DNA from: an uncultured bacterium
Lineage (GTDB): Bacteria > Actinomycetota > Acidimicrobiia > Spongiisociales > UBA5794
Reading direction: 5' to 3'
NCBI GenBank assembly: GCA_963777645.1
Contig: CAVZRA010000004.1
Coordinates: 141,806-205,805 of the forward strand
Length of the DNA stretch: 64,000 nucleotides
A program made the position numbers and the translations under genes. The notes below the pieces were generated by a model. The model saw only the letters and a program-made list of their open reading frames with translations, was not told where the DNA came from and made no database searches. Shown piece after piece: positions 39,053-48,976 of the stretch (positions are counted from its first letter, which is position 1; each line of letters begins with the position of its first letter).

Positions 39053-40308
39053 CGCCACACCTTCTTGAATGCAAAGGCAGTGCCAAATCCACCAATGAAC
39101 ACTGCCGCCAGGAACAACCAGGAACCGGCCGATAGCAGGGCCGCCTCCGAGAGATGATGCGAGGTGCAACCTCGGGCGAGTCGGGTGGCGACGCCGACCA
39201 CGATCCCGCCGGAGAGGGCGAAGAAGAGCCTGCTCCGTCGGGAGATGAGGCTGCCACGGTCGATTCCAAACTTGATCCGGCCCGCAAGCAGCGCAGAGAC
39301 GAATCCGCCGACCGCAATCCCGAGGACCGTCCACGTCAGCCAGTAGCTGCCCAGGCTCTCATTGAGGACGGTGCCCCAATATGCGTTTGACGCAACCTGC
39401 TCGGGGGCCACCTGGGCGACGGTGACTGCCCCGAGCCGCGAGAAGAATCCCGATGCTCCGGGGCCATGTCCCATCAGTGCGAACCCGGCGAGCACGCTCA
39501 GGCCGAGCCCGATCCCCGCAAGATACGGGGAGCCGAGCGGCTTCGGCTTGGCGTTGTGCACTCGCAGCACCAGACGCTTGACTGCGCCGAACACCTTGCG
39601 GGGCAGGGCGAATCGCTCTGTCGGGTGCAGCGGCTCACCCTCCTCGCCATGCTCCCGGTACCACTCAGCATGGTGGTGCTCTGCGTACTCGACGTCGACT
39701 TTGCCGGTGAGCATGCTCATCAGCGCCGGGCGCTCCTCCTTCATGAGAGCCGCCATGGCGAAGTGAACGAAGAAGAAGGCGATGACCGCACCGACGGTGA
39801 TCAGGTGGATGAGGACGAGTGATCTGCCGAAGGAACCACCACCGGATCCGAACCACATGATCAGGCCGGTCGTCCCGATGACGGTCGACCCGATGAGAAC
39901 GACGGCGCCAAAGGCCTTCTGACCCGCGTTGTATGCCCCCTGGTCCGGCATCGGCAGCGACGGGTCGAAGATCTCCGCCTTTGGCTTCACCTTGAACCAC
40001 GTGATGTCGTTTCGGGTGGGGACCAGGTCCCGCAGGAAGCGCAGCGACAGGCCGTGGGGATCGATCAGGAACGACACAGCGAGTATCCCGAACCACAACA
40101 TCCCCACATAGACGTGGGCGTGGAGCAGCCGGGTAGCACCGCCGAAGAGGCTGTTCACCGCATCGATGTAGAAGCGCGGGCCAATCTGGTAGCCGGAGTT
40201 GCTGATGATGGCGATTCCGGTCAGCCACAGGAACAGGAAGCTGGCCGCGTTGTACCAGTGCACGATGCGCTGTTGCAGCGGGTGCTTGACGAGAGCTCTC
40301 TCACTCAT
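39049..40308 (-). CDS. FdnI/PhsC-type cytochrome b fused to a YeeE/YedE (Sulf_transp) half-transporter
   Basis: N-terminal 4-TM cyt b with conserved His (IVHWYNAASF, HAHVYVG, HLITVG, HFAMAAL); C-terminal TM domain with RLARGCTSHH sulfur-transport motif. Confidence 0.85.
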   Translation of the reverse strand: MSERALVKHPLQQRIVHWYNAASFLFLWLTGIAIISNSGYQIGPRFYIDAVNSLFGGATRLLHAHVYVGMLWFGILAVSFLIDPHGLSLRFLRDLVPTRNDITWFKVKPKAEIFDPSLPMPDQGAYNAGQKAFGAVVLIGSTVIGTTGLIMWFGSGGGSFGRSLVLIHLITVGAVIAFFFVHFAMAALMKEERPALMSMLTGKVDVEYAEHHHAEWYREHGEEGEPLHPTERFALPRKVFGAVKRLVLRVHNAKPKPLGSPYLAGIGLGLSVLAGFALMGHGPGASGFFSRLGAVTVAQVAPEQVASNAYWGTVLNESLGSYWLTWTVLGIAVGGFVSALLAGRIKFGIDRGSLISRRSRLFFALSGGIVVGVATRLARGCTSHHLSEAALLSAGSWLFLAAVFIGGFGTAFAFKKVWR

Positions 40309-41103
40309 TGTCCGCTACCTCCTCTTGCTCTGCGAGCATCTGCTCCTCCATCTCCAGCAGGGCAACCTTTTCTTTGCGTTCGCGCAGCTTGCGCATTCCG
40401 ATCATCGCCCCCATTGCCAGGGCACTAGCAACACCAAGCCCGCCGACGGCCTTGCCGATGCCGTTGCGCCAGAGCATGCTGGCCTCGCTGCCACCACCCT
40501 GCGGCGGTAGCTTCTCCTGCAGTAACGCCAGATCCTCGGGCAGCCCGCTGAACCGCAGCGTCGGCCCCGGGTTCACCTCGTTGGTGGTGAGTGCGATGAG
40601 TTCGTGCCCGTCGTCGATGGCATTCACATCACCAACGCTGACGGTTCTCTCCTCGCCGTCGATCTCGACGACTTCGTAGAACGTGCGAGCACCGGCCGGG
40701 CACACCTCGAAGCAGGCGGGCGCCTGGCCGTTCTCGACTCGTCCTTCGCAGAGAGTGCACTTCTCCAGCTTCTTGGTGTCCTGAGCGACGTATCGAGCCT
40801 CGTAGGGACAGGCGGGTACGCACAGGCCACAGCCGATGCAGAGATCCTTGTCGACCAGTACCCGGCCGTCTGCAGCCTTGAACGAGGCACCTGTGGGACA
40901 GGCGTCGACACACGGCGCATCAGCACAGTGGTGGCAGAGATAGGGGGCAAACGTCGTGTTGCCGACGACATTGCTGTCGTCTTCGAGGAACTTCACCCAG
41001 TTGCGGGCGCTTGACGGGTCGAGATCGTTGGCAGTGATACATGCCACCTCGCAGGCCCGACAGCCGATGCAGCGCGATATGTCGATACGGAACTGAAAAG
41101 ACA
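40301..41103 (-). CDS. 4Fe-4S dicluster (four-cluster) electron-transfer subunit with C-terminal TM anchor
   Basis: AGGGGGAA RBS before ATG 41103; CIGCRACEVAC, CHHCADAPCVDACP, CIGCGLCVPACP, CTLC..C..CP; TM GKAVGGLGVASALAMGAMIGM. Confidence 0.9.
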
Positions 41104-41115
41104 TCGTTGTTCCCC

Positions 41116-43443
41116 CTACGCCGAATTGGGCCGGACTAGACGTACGAAGTTCACTCGCATCCCGGTGCCGCCCGAGAGAGGATCGACCGCGTACTGTGTC
41201 ATCAGGGCCGAGTCGTCGACGCCACGTTTGTAGGCACGGGTGAGCTGCCGGCTGTTGTGGCCAAAACCATGGGTGATATAGGCGGCGTCGTTGCTCATCC
41301 GGTCGGTCACTTTCACCTTGATGGGGCCCTGGCGGACGCCGTCCTGGTTGAGCATCTCGACTAGTTCTCCATCTTCGACTCCGTAGGCGGCGGCGGTCGC
41401 CGGCGACGCCCACACCGCGTTCTCGGGGTCGCGCCCGTGGAGGATTGGCGTGTTCTGGGTACGCCCGAAGCTATGAACGGGCGACCGACCGTAGAGCAGA
41501 CGAACGTGGCCGGGTGGAGCCTCCAGCGGCGGGTAGTAGGTAGGCATCGGCTCGTACCCGGTGGGATCGTCACCGGATTCGATCTTGCTCAGCCAGACCT
41601 CCTCGAGATCTGGCGAGTACAGCTTGACGCGACCGTCGCCCGGCTCGCCTTTGAAGGTGGGGAAGTCGAAAGGTGCCCCGGCCCGGCCACTGCCGTCGGT
41701 CCCGAGCCCGTGTCCCTCCCGATAGATGGGAAGGTTTGCGTCGGTGATTACGTATCCTGTGGAAACGAGGGTGTCCCAATCGACCGCGCCGCCTACTGGG
41801 CCTGAGTTGTATTTGGCGATCGTCGCTTCGGCGAGCTCCTCGACTGAGTCCCACGCCCAGTAGCGCTCCAGGCCGAGCTCGGCTCCTATGTCGCGGGCGA
41901 TTTGTGCTTCACCGCGGCTCTCGCCGATAGGTTCCACCGCCTGCTGCATCACGGCCACGAAGGGATCGCGGCTTCCGCCGACGCATAGATTGTCCGACCG
42001 TTCCAGATAAGAAGCCGCCGGCAGGAGCACATCGGCGTACTGGGTTATCTCGGTGGGGAGCACATCGACGACCGCCAGGAACTCGAGCTTCTTGAGTGCC
42101 TCGATGGTCTCCTGCTGTGCGGGCAATGACGTGATGAGGTTCGTTCCGACAACAACCCAGGCCTTGATGGCACCGTCGCGTGTTGCCTGGCGGATGCCGT
42201 TGACGTTGACGCCGACGGCGAACGGATACCCGGGGTCGCGCCGCTCTGCCAATTCCGGGTAGTCGGGAAGTTCGGGATAGACCTCTTCGAGGCTCGGCAT
42301 ATGTGCCTGGTTGGGCAGGTAGTAGCCGCCACGCGATCCCCAGGTTCCGGTGATGGCCACCAGAATGGCCATGGCGCGGGCTCGCTGTGTGTCGTTGCCA
42401 TACCAGACGACGTGTCTGCCGGGATGGAGCGCCATGTGCGGCCCGGCCTTCCCGATCATCTGGGCCGATGCCTCGATCTCCTCGACCGTGAGACCGGTCT
42501 CGGCTGCCGCCCACTCGGGAGTACTCGACGCTACATGTTCACTGAGGAGGTCAAATCCGGCGGTGTAGTCACGAACGAAGTCGTGGTCGTAGAGCCCGTC
42601 GCGGATCAGGATGTGGGTCCACGCCAGGAGCAGTGCCAGATCGGTCCCCGGCTTGATCTGTAGCCAGATGTCGGCGCGCAAGGCAGCTGTGGACCGTCTA
42701 GGGTCGACGACGATGAGGTCGGCCCCGCGGGTCGTCGCCTGCACGAACTCCTGCACCTGGAGGTTGTGCATGTTCTCCCCGAGGTGGGAGCCGATCAGCA
42801 CGAGGCAGTCTGTGTTGGCGATGTCGACCGGCTCGGGGGACTTCAACGGATGCCCAAAAGTCAGCTGGTACCCCACTTCCCGCGGCGCCTTGCATTGGTC
42901 GTACGCGGAGTGGGCGTGGTGGGCAGTGCCGATCGCTGCAGCCAGATGCTCAAAATGGGTCTCGGCGGCACCGTGGGTGAGGAAGGCGACAGCACCGGGG
43001 CCGTCCTTCTCGATGATCTCGCGCAGTCGAGCTCCTATCTCGGAGTTGGCTTCGTCCCAGGTGGTGTCACGGAACACAGCTTCCCCGCGCTCGCCGGTGC
43101 GGATCTGGGGATGTAGCAATCGGTCCGAGTCCTCGTAGAAACCGATACCACCTACGCCACGCGGGCAGAGCCTGCCTTCGCTGTTGGGATGGCCCGGTAC
43201 TCCGCTGATGTGGAGGGGTTTGCCGTCTTCTCCGATTTCGACGTTGATGCCGCACTTCCAAAAGCACACACCGCACACCGATCGAACGGATCGAACGGCG
43301 ACCGGTGGGTCGAAACGGGGGTGGTCGATGTTTGTCTGAGTTGCACCCGCCTCCTCTTCGAAGAGGAAGCTTGCGGCGGTGCCTGCCGATCCGGCAAGAC
43401 CGAAGCGGATGAATTCGCGCCTGGTATGACCGTTGGCACTCAT
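41116..43443 (-). CDS. Tat-exported molybdopterin (bis-MGD) oxidoreductase catalytic subunit, Phs/Psr/Ttr size class
   Basis: AGGAG RBS; TRREFIRFGLAGSAG twin-arginine leader; CGVCFWKCG..C FeS motif; 775 aa. Confidence 0.9.
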   Translation of the reverse strand: MSANGHTRREFIRFGLAGSAGTAASFLFEEEAGATQTNIDHPRFDPPVAVRSVRSVCGVCFWKCGINVEIGEDGKPLHISGVPGHPNSEGRLCPRGVGGIGFYEDSDRLLHPQIRTGERGEAVFRDTTWDEANSEIGARLREIIEKDGPGAVAFLTHGAAETHFEHLAAAIGTAHHAHSAYDQCKAPREVGYQLTFGHPLKSPEPVDIANTDCLVLIGSHLGENMHNLQVQEFVQATTRGADLIVVDPRRSTAALRADIWLQIKPGTDLALLLAWTHILIRDGLYDHDFVRDYTAGFDLLSEHVASSTPEWAAAETGLTVEEIEASAQMIGKAGPHMALHPGRHVVWYGNDTQRARAMAILVAITGTWGSRGGYYLPNQAHMPSLEEVYPELPDYPELAERRDPGYPFAVGVNVNGIRQATRDGAIKAWVVVGTNLITSLPAQQETIEALKKLEFLAVVDVLPTEITQYADVLLPAASYLERSDNLCVGGSRDPFVAVMQQAVEPIGESRGEAQIARDIGAELGLERYWAWDSVEELAEATIAKYNSGPVGGAVDWDTLVSTGYVITDANLPIYREGHGLGTDGSGRAGAPFDFPTFKGEPGDGRVKLYSPDLEEVWLSKIESGDDPTGYEPMPTYYPPLEAPPGHVRLLYGRSPVHSFGRTQNTPILHGRDPENAVWASPATAAAYGVEDGELVEMLNQDGVRQGPIKVKVTDRMSNDAAYITHGFGHNSRQLTRAYKRGVDDSALMTQYAVDPLSGGTGMRVNFVRLVRPNSA

Positions 43444-43630
43444 GTGACTCCTAAGGGGGGATTGTCAATGGACAACCCATACAGCCTATATATTGTCGGT
43501 TCTGAATATGGCTGCGATAGTCCCTAGTAAGGGGCCAATAGGCACAAGACAATGGTGCTGAGAGACACCGGGCCTGGCAATTACTGTGTCACAGCCCGGC
43601 GCCGCGGTCGAGATGATTAGGTCTGGGTGG

Positions 43631-45241
43631 CTATCTGGCGCCCACCAGGAAGTAGGTCGGCATCAGGCCCTTGCCTTTGACCTCGACCTCGCCCCGCGAT
43701 TCGAACTCGTATCGGTGCGACAGCAGGCTGCGCACCGCCTCCGTGCACTGGATGTGGTCTCCGACACCCTGTGACTCCATCCGGCTGGCGGTGTTGACGG
43801 TGTCGCCCCACAGGTCGTAGATGAACTTCTGTCGACCGATCACCCCGGCGACGACGTCACCGGAGTGCAGCCCGATTCGCACCGAGAGAGGAATGTCGAG
43901 TCGACTCCCGAGTGCCGCAAGGGCCGGCATCATGTCGAGGGCGGCGCTGGCGACTCGTTCCGCATGATCTGGTCTCGGCTCCGGTATGCCACCGACAGCC
44001 ATGTAGCAGTCCCCGATCGTCTTGATCTTCTCGAGCTCGTAGTACGCCGCGATCTTGTCGAACTCGGTGAACACTGCGTCGAGCAGCTCGACCACGTTCT
44101 CCGGCGCGAGGGCCGACGACATCGGGGTGAATCCGACGATGTCTGCAAACAAGACGGTGACGTCGCTGAACCGATCGGCGATCATCCCCTCTCCCTGCTC
44201 GAGGCGCTTGGCGATGGGCGAGGGGAGGATATTGAGCAGCAACTCCTCGGAGCGGCGGCGTGCTTCCTCCAACTCCCTGGTTCTGACGTCGATGCGGTGC
44301 TCGAGATCCTTGTTGAGGGTCGTCACGTCGCCGAGGTACTGCTTGATGTATAGACCGGACATCGGGTCGGAGATGTCCAGCTCGTCGCCTCCCGGCTCCG
44401 GGTCGATTCGGGGCATTTCGATGACCCCGACTCGCTCCAGGGGCTCGAAAGGGTCGGCCACCTGGCCGTGGTATTCGGGGCCGTGAACGATGGCATACGC
44501 CAATGCAGTGGCGCAGTGGTCTACCGGCATCAGACCCGGGTACCCGGGGTTGTGCGCGATTACCGGGAGGACCTCGGCCTCGGCGATTCCCATTGCTGCT
44601 GCCGCCTGCGGCAGAATCACGTCACGGATCAAAGGGGTGTCGACGATTCCGGGAACAAATGAGAAGACGGACACTCCCGACTCGGTTCCGATCTCACGAG
44701 CGGCCGTGAACGCCATCGATCGCAGTGCCATCTTCGTGCCCGAGTAGGCGGTCGCCAGGGGCGCACCCTCATAGGCGATCATGTTGACGACGGTTCCGCG
44801 ACCGCGCTCCAGCATGCCGGGCAGCAGGTGCTTGATGATGAGGAATGGCGCCCGGAAGTTGGTAGCAATGGTTTCCTCGAACTCATCGAGAGGGAAATCG
44901 ACGATGGGCGCAGAGTTCAGGTGGAGTGCGTTGTTGACCAGGATGTCGATCTCTCCAAACGCCGCGGTTGCATCCGGGATCATCGCCAGCAATTCGTCGA
45001 CGTTGCTCAGGTCGCACTGGATGAACCGGGCTGGGCCACCCCCTCGTCTGATCTGGTCTGCCACATCCTGACCTTCGGGCAGGATGTCGACGATCACGAC
45101 CTGCGCTCCGAGCTTGGCCAGCGTGTGCGCGAGCCCCTCGCCGATACCACGGGCACCTCCGGTGATCAGAGCCGTCTGACCGGCGAGCGTGCCTGGCGTG
45201 AGCCCGAGCTTTGCCATGAGATCGTGATTGATGCTGTACAT
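43631..45241 (-). CDS. short-chain dehydrogenase (SDR) fused to class III adenylate/guanylate cyclase
   Basis: TGGARGIGEG, NNA, YSGTK; coiled linker; FADIVGFT, KTIGDCYMAVGG, GDTVNTASRME. ATG 45241 with GGGAG RBS (45265 is an alternative). Confidence 0.85.
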   Translation of the reverse strand: MYSINHDLMAKLGLTPGTLAGQTALITGGARGIGEGLAHTLAKLGAQVVIVDILPEGQDVADQIRRGGGPARFIQCDLSNVDELLAMIPDATAAFGEIDILVNNALHLNSAPIVDFPLDEFEETIATNFRAPFLIIKHLLPGMLERGRGTVVNMIAYEGAPLATAYSGTKMALRSMAFTAAREIGTESGVSVFSFVPGIVDTPLIRDVILPQAAAAMGIAEAEVLPVIAHNPGYPGLMPVDHCATALAYAIVHGPEYHGQVADPFEPLERVGVIEMPRIDPEPGGDELDISDPMSGLYIKQYLGDVTTLNKDLEHRIDVRTRELEEARRRSEELLLNILPSPIAKRLEQGEGMIADRFSDVTVLFADIVGFTPMSSALAPENVVELLDAVFTEFDKIAAYYELEKIKTIGDCYMAVGGIPEPRPDHAERVASAALDMMPALAALGSRLDIPLSVRIGLHSGDVVAGVIGRQKFIYDLWGDTVNTASRMESQGVGDHIQCTEAVRSLLSHRYEFESRGEVEVKGKGLMPTYFLVGAR

Positions 45242-45548
45242 GGGATCTCCCGAGGTAGACGGCACGGTTGGAGTCCGGCAACAACGAGTGTACGGATTCG
45301 AAGCCCTTGTCGAAGGGCCCTGGTTGAAGGTCGGCGTATTGCGCAGTCGACATTCAGCTCAGGGAGACAGGCACTCGAGGTGGGTGCCGAGCGACGAATT
45401 GCCGATGACTGCTGCGGTAGCCGAGCAGGGCATCGAGAGAGGCTCCGGCAGGAACGAGGACTGCCCGGGTCGACTTCACCCGCTAGTTGGCCCTAGCAGA
45501 GCGTTCCCCGCCCTGTAATGATGGGTAGGAGGCAACCAAGGATGTCTG

Positions 45549-46622
45549 GTGCGGATTCTGCTCATTGCACCGCCGTGGCTCCGGGTGCCACCGATCGCAT
45601 ACGGCGGTATCGAATGGGTGGTCAGTGGCCTAGCCGACGGACTCGTGGACGCGGGGAACGAGGTGACGCTGATAGCACCCGGGGGATCTACGACGCGGGC
45701 GCAACTCGAGACCGTATTCGACGGGCCCAAATTCCAGTTTCTCGGCGACTCTCGCATCGAGACAATCCAGGCACTATCGGCGTACTACCTCCGCGGTGAC
45801 TTCGACATCGTTCACGACCACACCGCGGCTGTTGGTCCCGCCCTTGGCTCGATGACCACCGGCCCACCAGTCGTGCACACACTGCACCACGTGTGGGACG
45901 AGGCGCAGATCCAACTCGCTCGCCTCACTTCCCCCCCGCTCCACCTCGTGGCAATCAGCAACGACCAGGCGAGGCGAGCGCCCGACGACATCTCAATCAC
46001 CGCAGTGGTTCACAACGGTATTCCCGTGGAGCGCTACCCGTTCATGACCGAGAAGGACGACTATCTGCTCTGGATCGGTCGCGCCAGCCCGGACAAGGGC
46101 CCCGGCGTCGCCATCGAGGTGGCAGCACGTACAGGTAGACGACTCGTCATCGCGGTCAAGATCAACCAGAGGGATGAGCGTGAGCACTGGGCGGAGGTTG
46201 TCGTACCCCTGATCGAAGCGAGCCCAGTTCCTATCGAGGTTGTGAGCAATCCGGGACACGAGCGCAAGGCCGAATTGATGGGCCGGGCCGCGGCGGTCAT
46301 TCTGCCGATCCAGTGGGCTGAGCCATTTGGATTGGTGATGCCGGAGACCAACGCATGCGGGACGCCTGTCGTCGTATACGGGATCGGGGCTGCGCCCGAG
46401 GTCATTGCAGACGGCACGTCGGGGTTCGTTGTCCCGCCCGGTGATGTCGACGCCTTCTGTGCCGCCGTGGACCGGGTTGATGAGATCGATCCCATCGCGT
46501 GCAGGGACCATGTCGTCGAACACTTCTCCGCTCAGCGCATGGTTGCCGGATACGAGCGGGTTTACGAAGCGGTGACCACCATCGACCTGAGGTCCGACTC
46601 GTCAGTTGTCTTGAGACCATAG
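45549..46622 (+). CDS. glycosyltransferase family 4 (GT-B)
   Basis: GTG start; MRILLIAPPW..PPIAYGGIEWVV; C-terminal E..FGLV..E..ACGTPVV. Confidence 0.9.
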   Translation: MRILLIAPPWLRVPPIAYGGIEWVVSGLADGLVDAGNEVTLIAPGGSTTRAQLETVFDGPKFQFLGDSRIETIQALSAYYLRGDFDIVHDHTAAVGPALGSMTTGPPVVHTLHHVWDEAQIQLARLTSPPLHLVAISNDQARRAPDDISITAVVHNGIPVERYPFMTEKDDYLLWIGRASPDKGPGVAIEVAARTGRRLVIAVKINQRDEREHWAEVVVPLIEASPVPIEVVSNPGHERKAELMGRAAAVILPIQWAEPFGLVMPETNACGTPVVVYGIGAAPEVIADGTSGFVVPPGDVDAFCAAVDRVDEIDPIACRDHVVEHFSAQRMVAGYERVYEAVTTIDLRSDSSVVLRP

Positions 46623-46646
46623 GAGTCGTGGCGTAGCCTGCTCTAT

Positions 46647-48770
46647 ATGGTGCGTGACGAACGTCGGGTGAATTCCGGGGACCGGGCTCATACGTGGTCG
46701 GAGATCGGGAAGGTGCCGCCTCGACCCGGACGAGAGATATTCACCATTGCCGGGCGTGCCTTTTGTGTATCCGGGCGCAGCGGCAATATCGCGGCGCGGG
46801 GACCGCAGGGTTTCTTCAACGACGACACCCGGTTCCTCTCGGGCTTCAGACTCACCGTGGATGGTGTTGATCCCCAGGTAGTCGATGCCACGTCGATCGA
46901 TGCCGCTGAAGCAGTCTTCTTCCTCAGGAGTCGTACGGAAGAGCAGGATCCGCGTGGCGAACCGGGCCTGATCATCCGCCGTCACCGTTATCAGGGCCCG
47001 ACGCTGCACGAGGACATCATCATCGACAACCGGGCCGGCGCGGCAACAACGGTGACGGTGGAGCTGGACATGAACGTCGACTTCGCAGATCTCTTCGATG
47101 TCCACCTGGCAGGACCTATCGCAAGCCGACAAGTCCGCGCCCGCGACGAGGACGGAGAGCTCGTCTTCATCTATGAGCGGGATGGCTTTGAGCGAGCTAC
47201 CAGCGTCGCCACCTCGGAGCCGGCGGAGATCGACGCCAACCGGTTGCTTCTCCGTTGCACCATCGAGTCCGGGGCAAGGTGGAGTACATGTGTCGACATC
47301 GTGCCGATCGTTGACGGGAACCGGCTTGCCGTGGAGCGCTCGTGTCGCCGTGGACGTACCAGCCCCGCAGTTGAGGTGCCGCGTCAGGTAGCCCACGTTG
47401 CGCAGGTGCGGTCCTCGGCCGATGCCCTCGAGCATTTGTGGGCGCACAGCCTCTCTGACCTCGCTGCTCTCGAGATCCGGATGGAGGGGGTGCGGGCATT
47501 CGCCGCAGGGATCCCTTGGTACGTCGCGCTATTCGGCAGGGATAGCATCATCACCTCGATTGAGGCCACAATGCTTGACCCGGATGCCGCTTTCGGAACC
47601 GCCCTGCTTCTGGCCGAGCTGCAAGGGACCAAGGCCGACCCTTCGATGTCTGAGGAGCCTGGAAAGATCCTTCACGAAGTCCGGTTTGGCGAACGCAGCT
47701 ACCCGCGGGACCGCATGAGCAGGTACTACGGGAGCGTCGACACCACGCCGCTGTGGTGCATGCAGCTTGAAAAGATGCACCGCTGGGGCGTGGGTCGCTC
47801 CCAGATGGAAGGACTCCTGCCCAACCTGAGAGCAGCGATCGGCTGGATTCGGAGCCAGCTCGACGCGGGTGATGGGCTCCTCGCCTATGAAGGCGACTCG
47901 ACCCGCCTCAACAACCAGGGCTGGAAGGATTCGGCGGACTCGATGGTCGATGCCGACGGCACGCTTCTTGACCCTCCTATCGCAGTTGTCGAGGCCCAGG
48001 GGTACGCGGTGGCGGCACTGCGGTCGGCGGCCCGACTCGAAGAGGACCTGGGTGAGGCTTCGCGGTCGGACGCACTACGTGCCGAGGCGAACGAACTGCA
48101 GCAGTGCATAGAAGACCGGTTCTGGCGCCCACATCTCGGCACGTTCGACATGGCCATCGGCAGAGATGGGCAAGCGGCCAACTCTGTCTCTTCAAACGCG
48201 GGGCACCTCCTCTGGGCCGAAGCGGTAACCGCCGAAAAGGCAGCCGCTGTGGCGCAGTCTCTGTGCGGCGACTCGCTGTGGTCTGGTTGGGGTATCCGAA
48301 CTCTGGCGGCAGATCATCCTGCGTACCATCCTCTGTCATACCACCGGGGGAGCGTCTGGCCGCATGACACGATGATCGCGATAGGAGGGCTGATCGCCTA
48401 CGGGTTCATCGATGACGCGCTCGAGATCGCCGGGGGTCTGCTGGCGGCAGCCGCCCACTTCTCATATGAGCTTCCCGAGTTGTTCTCCGGTATCTCGCGT
48501 GGCGAAGTTCCGCAACCGGTGGCCTATCCGACGAGTTCATCTCCTCAGGCGTGGTCGGCGGCCGTCCCGATCTACCTCACCGAGCAGCTTCTCGGCCTCC
48601 GCCCCGACCTGCCGCGAGGTCGGATAGTGGTAGATCCTCGCCTTCCCGAAGGCGTGCGGCTCAGCCTCGACGATCTGCACCTCGGCGGAGGATCGCTTTC
48701 GATACGGGCCGAAGGACGAAGCGTCCAGTTCTTCGAGGTGCCACCCGGCGTCGACGTGGTGGTTCGCTGA
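46647..48770 (+). CDS. amylo-alpha-1,6-glucosidase / glycogen debranching enzyme-like (GDE_N_bis + GDE_C)
   Basis: 707 aa; ..GFFNDDTRFLS.., ..IPWYVALFGRDS.., ..YHRGSVWPHD.. Confidence 0.9.
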   Translation: MVRDERRVNSGDRAHTWSEIGKVPPRPGREIFTIAGRAFCVSGRSGNIAARGPQGFFNDDTRFLSGFRLTVDGVDPQVVDATSIDAAEAVFFLRSRTEEQDPRGEPGLIIRRHRYQGPTLHEDIIIDNRAGAATTVTVELDMNVDFADLFDVHLAGPIASRQVRARDEDGELVFIYERDGFERATSVATSEPAEIDANRLLLRCTIESGARWSTCVDIVPIVDGNRLAVERSCRRGRTSPAVEVPRQVAHVAQVRSSADALEHLWAHSLSDLAALEIRMEGVRAFAAGIPWYVALFGRDSIITSIEATMLDPDAAFGTALLLAELQGTKADPSMSEEPGKILHEVRFGERSYPRDRMSRYYGSVDTTPLWCMQLEKMHRWGVGRSQMEGLLPNLRAAIGWIRSQLDAGDGLLAYEGDSTRLNNQGWKDSADSMVDADGTLLDPPIAVVEAQGYAVAALRSAARLEEDLGEASRSDALRAEANELQQCIEDRFWRPHLGTFDMAIGRDGQAANSVSSNAGHLLWAEAVTAEKAAAVAQSLCGDSLWSGWGIRTLAADHPAYHPLSYHRGSVWPHDTMIAIGGLIAYGFIDDALEIAGGLLAAAAHFSYELPELFSGISRGEVPQPVAYPTSSSPQAWSAAVPIYLTEQLLGLRPDLPRGRIVVDPRLPEGVRLSLDDLHLGGGSLSIRAEGRSVQFFEVPPGVDVVVR

Positions 48771-48826
48771 GAAGCTCTTGTGCGGCCCACCCGATGGCGG
48801 GGTGACCAGCCACAGCCGGGGTGCGC

Positions 48827-48922
48827 TCAGGTGCGCTCATCCCTTGCTACCTGGTCGTTGTACAAGCGCAGCAAGATCCGGTTGAGGTCTGACCTCTCGC
48901 CCTCGTCGAGGGCAGCGAGGAA
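48827..48922 (-). pseudogene. 31-codon plus stop remnant of a MarR-family gene 3' end (copy of the end of 53769..54227)
   Basis: Reads DFLAALDEGERSDLNRILLRLYNDQVARDERT-stop and is preceded by an in-frame stop. The DNA at 48812..48925 matches 53755..53867 at about 100 of 114 positions by manual alignment. Confidence 0.65.
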
Positions 48923-48976
48923 GTCTCACCGAGCGCGTGCTGGCGTTTCCCGGCCGCATCGACTGAGGCGTAGCCG

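Noticed and set aside
43462-43475. Palindrome TTGTC-AATG-GACAA just upstream of the molybdoenzyme RBS, considered as a CRP/FNR-type site
   Set aside because: The half-sites do not match TGTGA-N6-TCACA or TTGAT-N4-ATCAA. A 5-bp-arm palindrome can occur by chance. It would be worth retesting only if conserved in orthologous promoters.
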